From assembly GCA_046758365.1 (NCBI GenBank), contig JBHIAC010000068.1, positions 1-16,829 on the forward strand: a stretch of 16,829 bases of DNA, written 5' to 3'. Both the position numbers and the translations under genes were made by a program. Under the pieces are notes generated by a model that had not been told where the DNA came from, ran no database searches, and saw only the letters and a list, made by a program, of their open reading frames with translations. The DNA comes from a bacterium (GTDB lineage Bacteria > Zhuqueibacterota > Zhuqueibacteria > Oceanimicrobiales > Oceanimicrobiaceae). Positions 15,652 to 16,829 of this stretch are shown in pieces. Numbering within the stretch: the first letter of the stretch is position 1; each line of letters starts with the position of its first letter.

Positions 15652-16641
15652 ATGCGAAAAATTATAATATTATTAATTGTGTCTATTTTTGGATTTATAA
15701 CAGCTATTTCGAGTTACGGTCTACCCTTAAATTACGAACGCCAAGTTGAAAAGCATTTCAAAGTTAAAAAGGGCGGTACGCTCTATTTAAAATCAGACCG
15801 CGGTTCTGTTGATATTCGAAGTCATAAATCTGAAGAGGTCGATGTAGTTGTACTCCTTGAAGCAGATACTAGAAATAAGGAGCGGGCCGAAGATTGGTTT
15901 GAGCGATTTGACCTTGCCTTTGATCAGCGTGGCGCAGATGTTGAAATACTCGGCAGATGGGAAAATGGCTGGTTCCATCGAAGAAACAGGCTAAAGGTGA
16001 AATTTGAAATCCGGGTGCCTAAAAATTATAATTTGGATATAGATACGGCCGGAGGGAGTATTTGGGTTGACGATTTAATTGGCGATGTTAAACTTAACAC
16101 TTCAGGAGGCAGCATTAATTTGGGACAGATAGAAGGGCCGGTTAAAGCAGAAACCTCAGGAGGAAATATCTCTCTGGAGAGAGCCACAGGCCAAGCTTAT
16201 TTACATACTTCTGGTGGAAGTATTTCGGTTGGGGAAGTGGACGGTGAATTGGACGCCAAGACCTCAGGCGGCAGCATTTCTGTTGACGGCGTAAATGGCG
16301 ATTTAAGAGCCCGAACTTCAGGGGGAGGTCTTTTACTCCAAGGAATAAATGGCAATCTTGAAGCCAGCACCTCCGGCGGAAGCATAAGAGCGGAAATGCT
16401 GAAACAAATTGAAGCACGAGCAGAATTGAGGACCTCAGGGGGCAGCATCATTTTAACGATTAATCCAGAGCTTCAGGCAGACCTCGATGCCTCAACTTCG
16501 GGTGGCCGAATCGTTACTGACGTACCCCTGACCATTAAAGGAACTTTTAAAAAAACATCGATAAGAGGAAAACTGAACGGCGGTGGTGAGTTAATTACAT
16601 TAAGGACCTCTGGTGGGAATATTGAGATACGGGAGAGGTAA
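15652..16641 (+). CDS. Exported DUF4097-type beta-strand-repeat protein, paralog 2
   Basis: SD GGAGG; signal peptide; TSGG.I repeats; C-terminal G.LNGGG..I.LRTSGGNI.I. Confidence 0.88.
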   Translation: MRKIIILLIVSIFGFITAISSYGLPLNYERQVEKHFKVKKGGTLYLKSDRGSVDIRSHKSEEVDVVVLLEADTRNKERAEDWFERFDLAFDQRGADVEILGRWENGWFHRRNRLKVKFEIRVPKNYNLDIDTAGGSIWVDDLIGDVKLNTSGGSINLGQIEGPVKAETSGGNISLERATGQAYLHTSGGSISVGEVDGELDAKTSGGSISVDGVNGDLRARTSGGGLLLQGINGNLEASTSGGSIRAEMLKQIEARAELRTSGGSIILTINPELQADLDASTSGGRIVTDVPLTIKGTFKKTSIRGKLNGGGELITLRTSGGNIEIRER

Positions 16642-16646
16642 ATTAT

Positions 16647-16758
16647 ATTCAAAAAGCTGACCTTTTTGTAAATTTTGCGTGTTTAGCATTTTGGATGCTT
16701 AAATAGGAATCATCGAATTCTTTAGAGCAAACACTTTTAAAAAGGTTAGCTTTTTTAA
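16647..16758. repeat. Inverted-repeat intergenic element, copy B (may also act as a terminator)
   Basis: AAAAAGCTGACCTTTTT (16651-16667) and AAAAAGGTTAGCTTTTT (16739-16755) are 16/17 complementary; 81 nt separate the ACC and GGT cores, as in copy A. Confidence 0.7.
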
Positions 16759-16829
16759 GCAAAAAAAATCTTATAACCTCGATTTGACAGTTCGTTGAGA
16801 CATTAGCTTGAAAATAAAGGAAATAGGGA

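Noticed and set aside
14752..16420. Regularly spaced ACNTCNGGNGG motifs resembling a CRISPR or DNA repeat array
   Set aside because: The period is 54 bp (18 codons), variation is at synonymous positions, and the repeats lie in long ORFs with signal peptides. They are protein repeats, and no cas genes are present.
16650..16668. CAAAAAG-ctgac-CTTTTTG as a stand-alone intrinsic terminator
   Set aside because: The stem is almost all A-T and lacks a separate U-tract; it is better explained as the left arm of the larger inverted-repeat element.

Overview
AT-rich bacterial window with three modules. (1) 249-1940, minus strand: a two-component pair, made of a soluble hybrid histidine kinase with a degenerate N-terminal receiver and a stand-alone receiver; a decayed HEAT-repeat gene converges on it at the left edge. 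(2) 2287-12425, plus strand: a PAP2/Aur1-like membrane enzyme, then an apparent operon for a proton-motive-force-driven envelope machine: outer-membrane beta-barrel, TPR protein split by a frameshift in an A11 run, 966-aa TPR protein, small exported protein, MotA/TolQ/ExbB subunit, two ExbD/TolR subunits, and an FHA-like/TM/TonB-C-type transducer. Motifs and gene order resemble the Agl-Glt core (GltC-GltD-GltF-AglRQS-GltG) of myxobacterial gliding machinery, but no gltE-like gene is present and one ExbD has Asn at the proton-carrying Asp position. (3) 12755-16641, plus strand: ECF sigma factor, zinc-binding anti-sigma factor with HEAT repeats, and two exported DUF4097-type TSGG-repeat proteins. 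Non-coding highlights are a 135-nt nested inverted-repeat element with swappable arms upstream of the motor genes (9325-9459) and two related ~112-bp inverted-repeat elements with the same 81-nt inner spacing that bracket the ECF module. All family calls come from motif recognition by eye, not from database searches.
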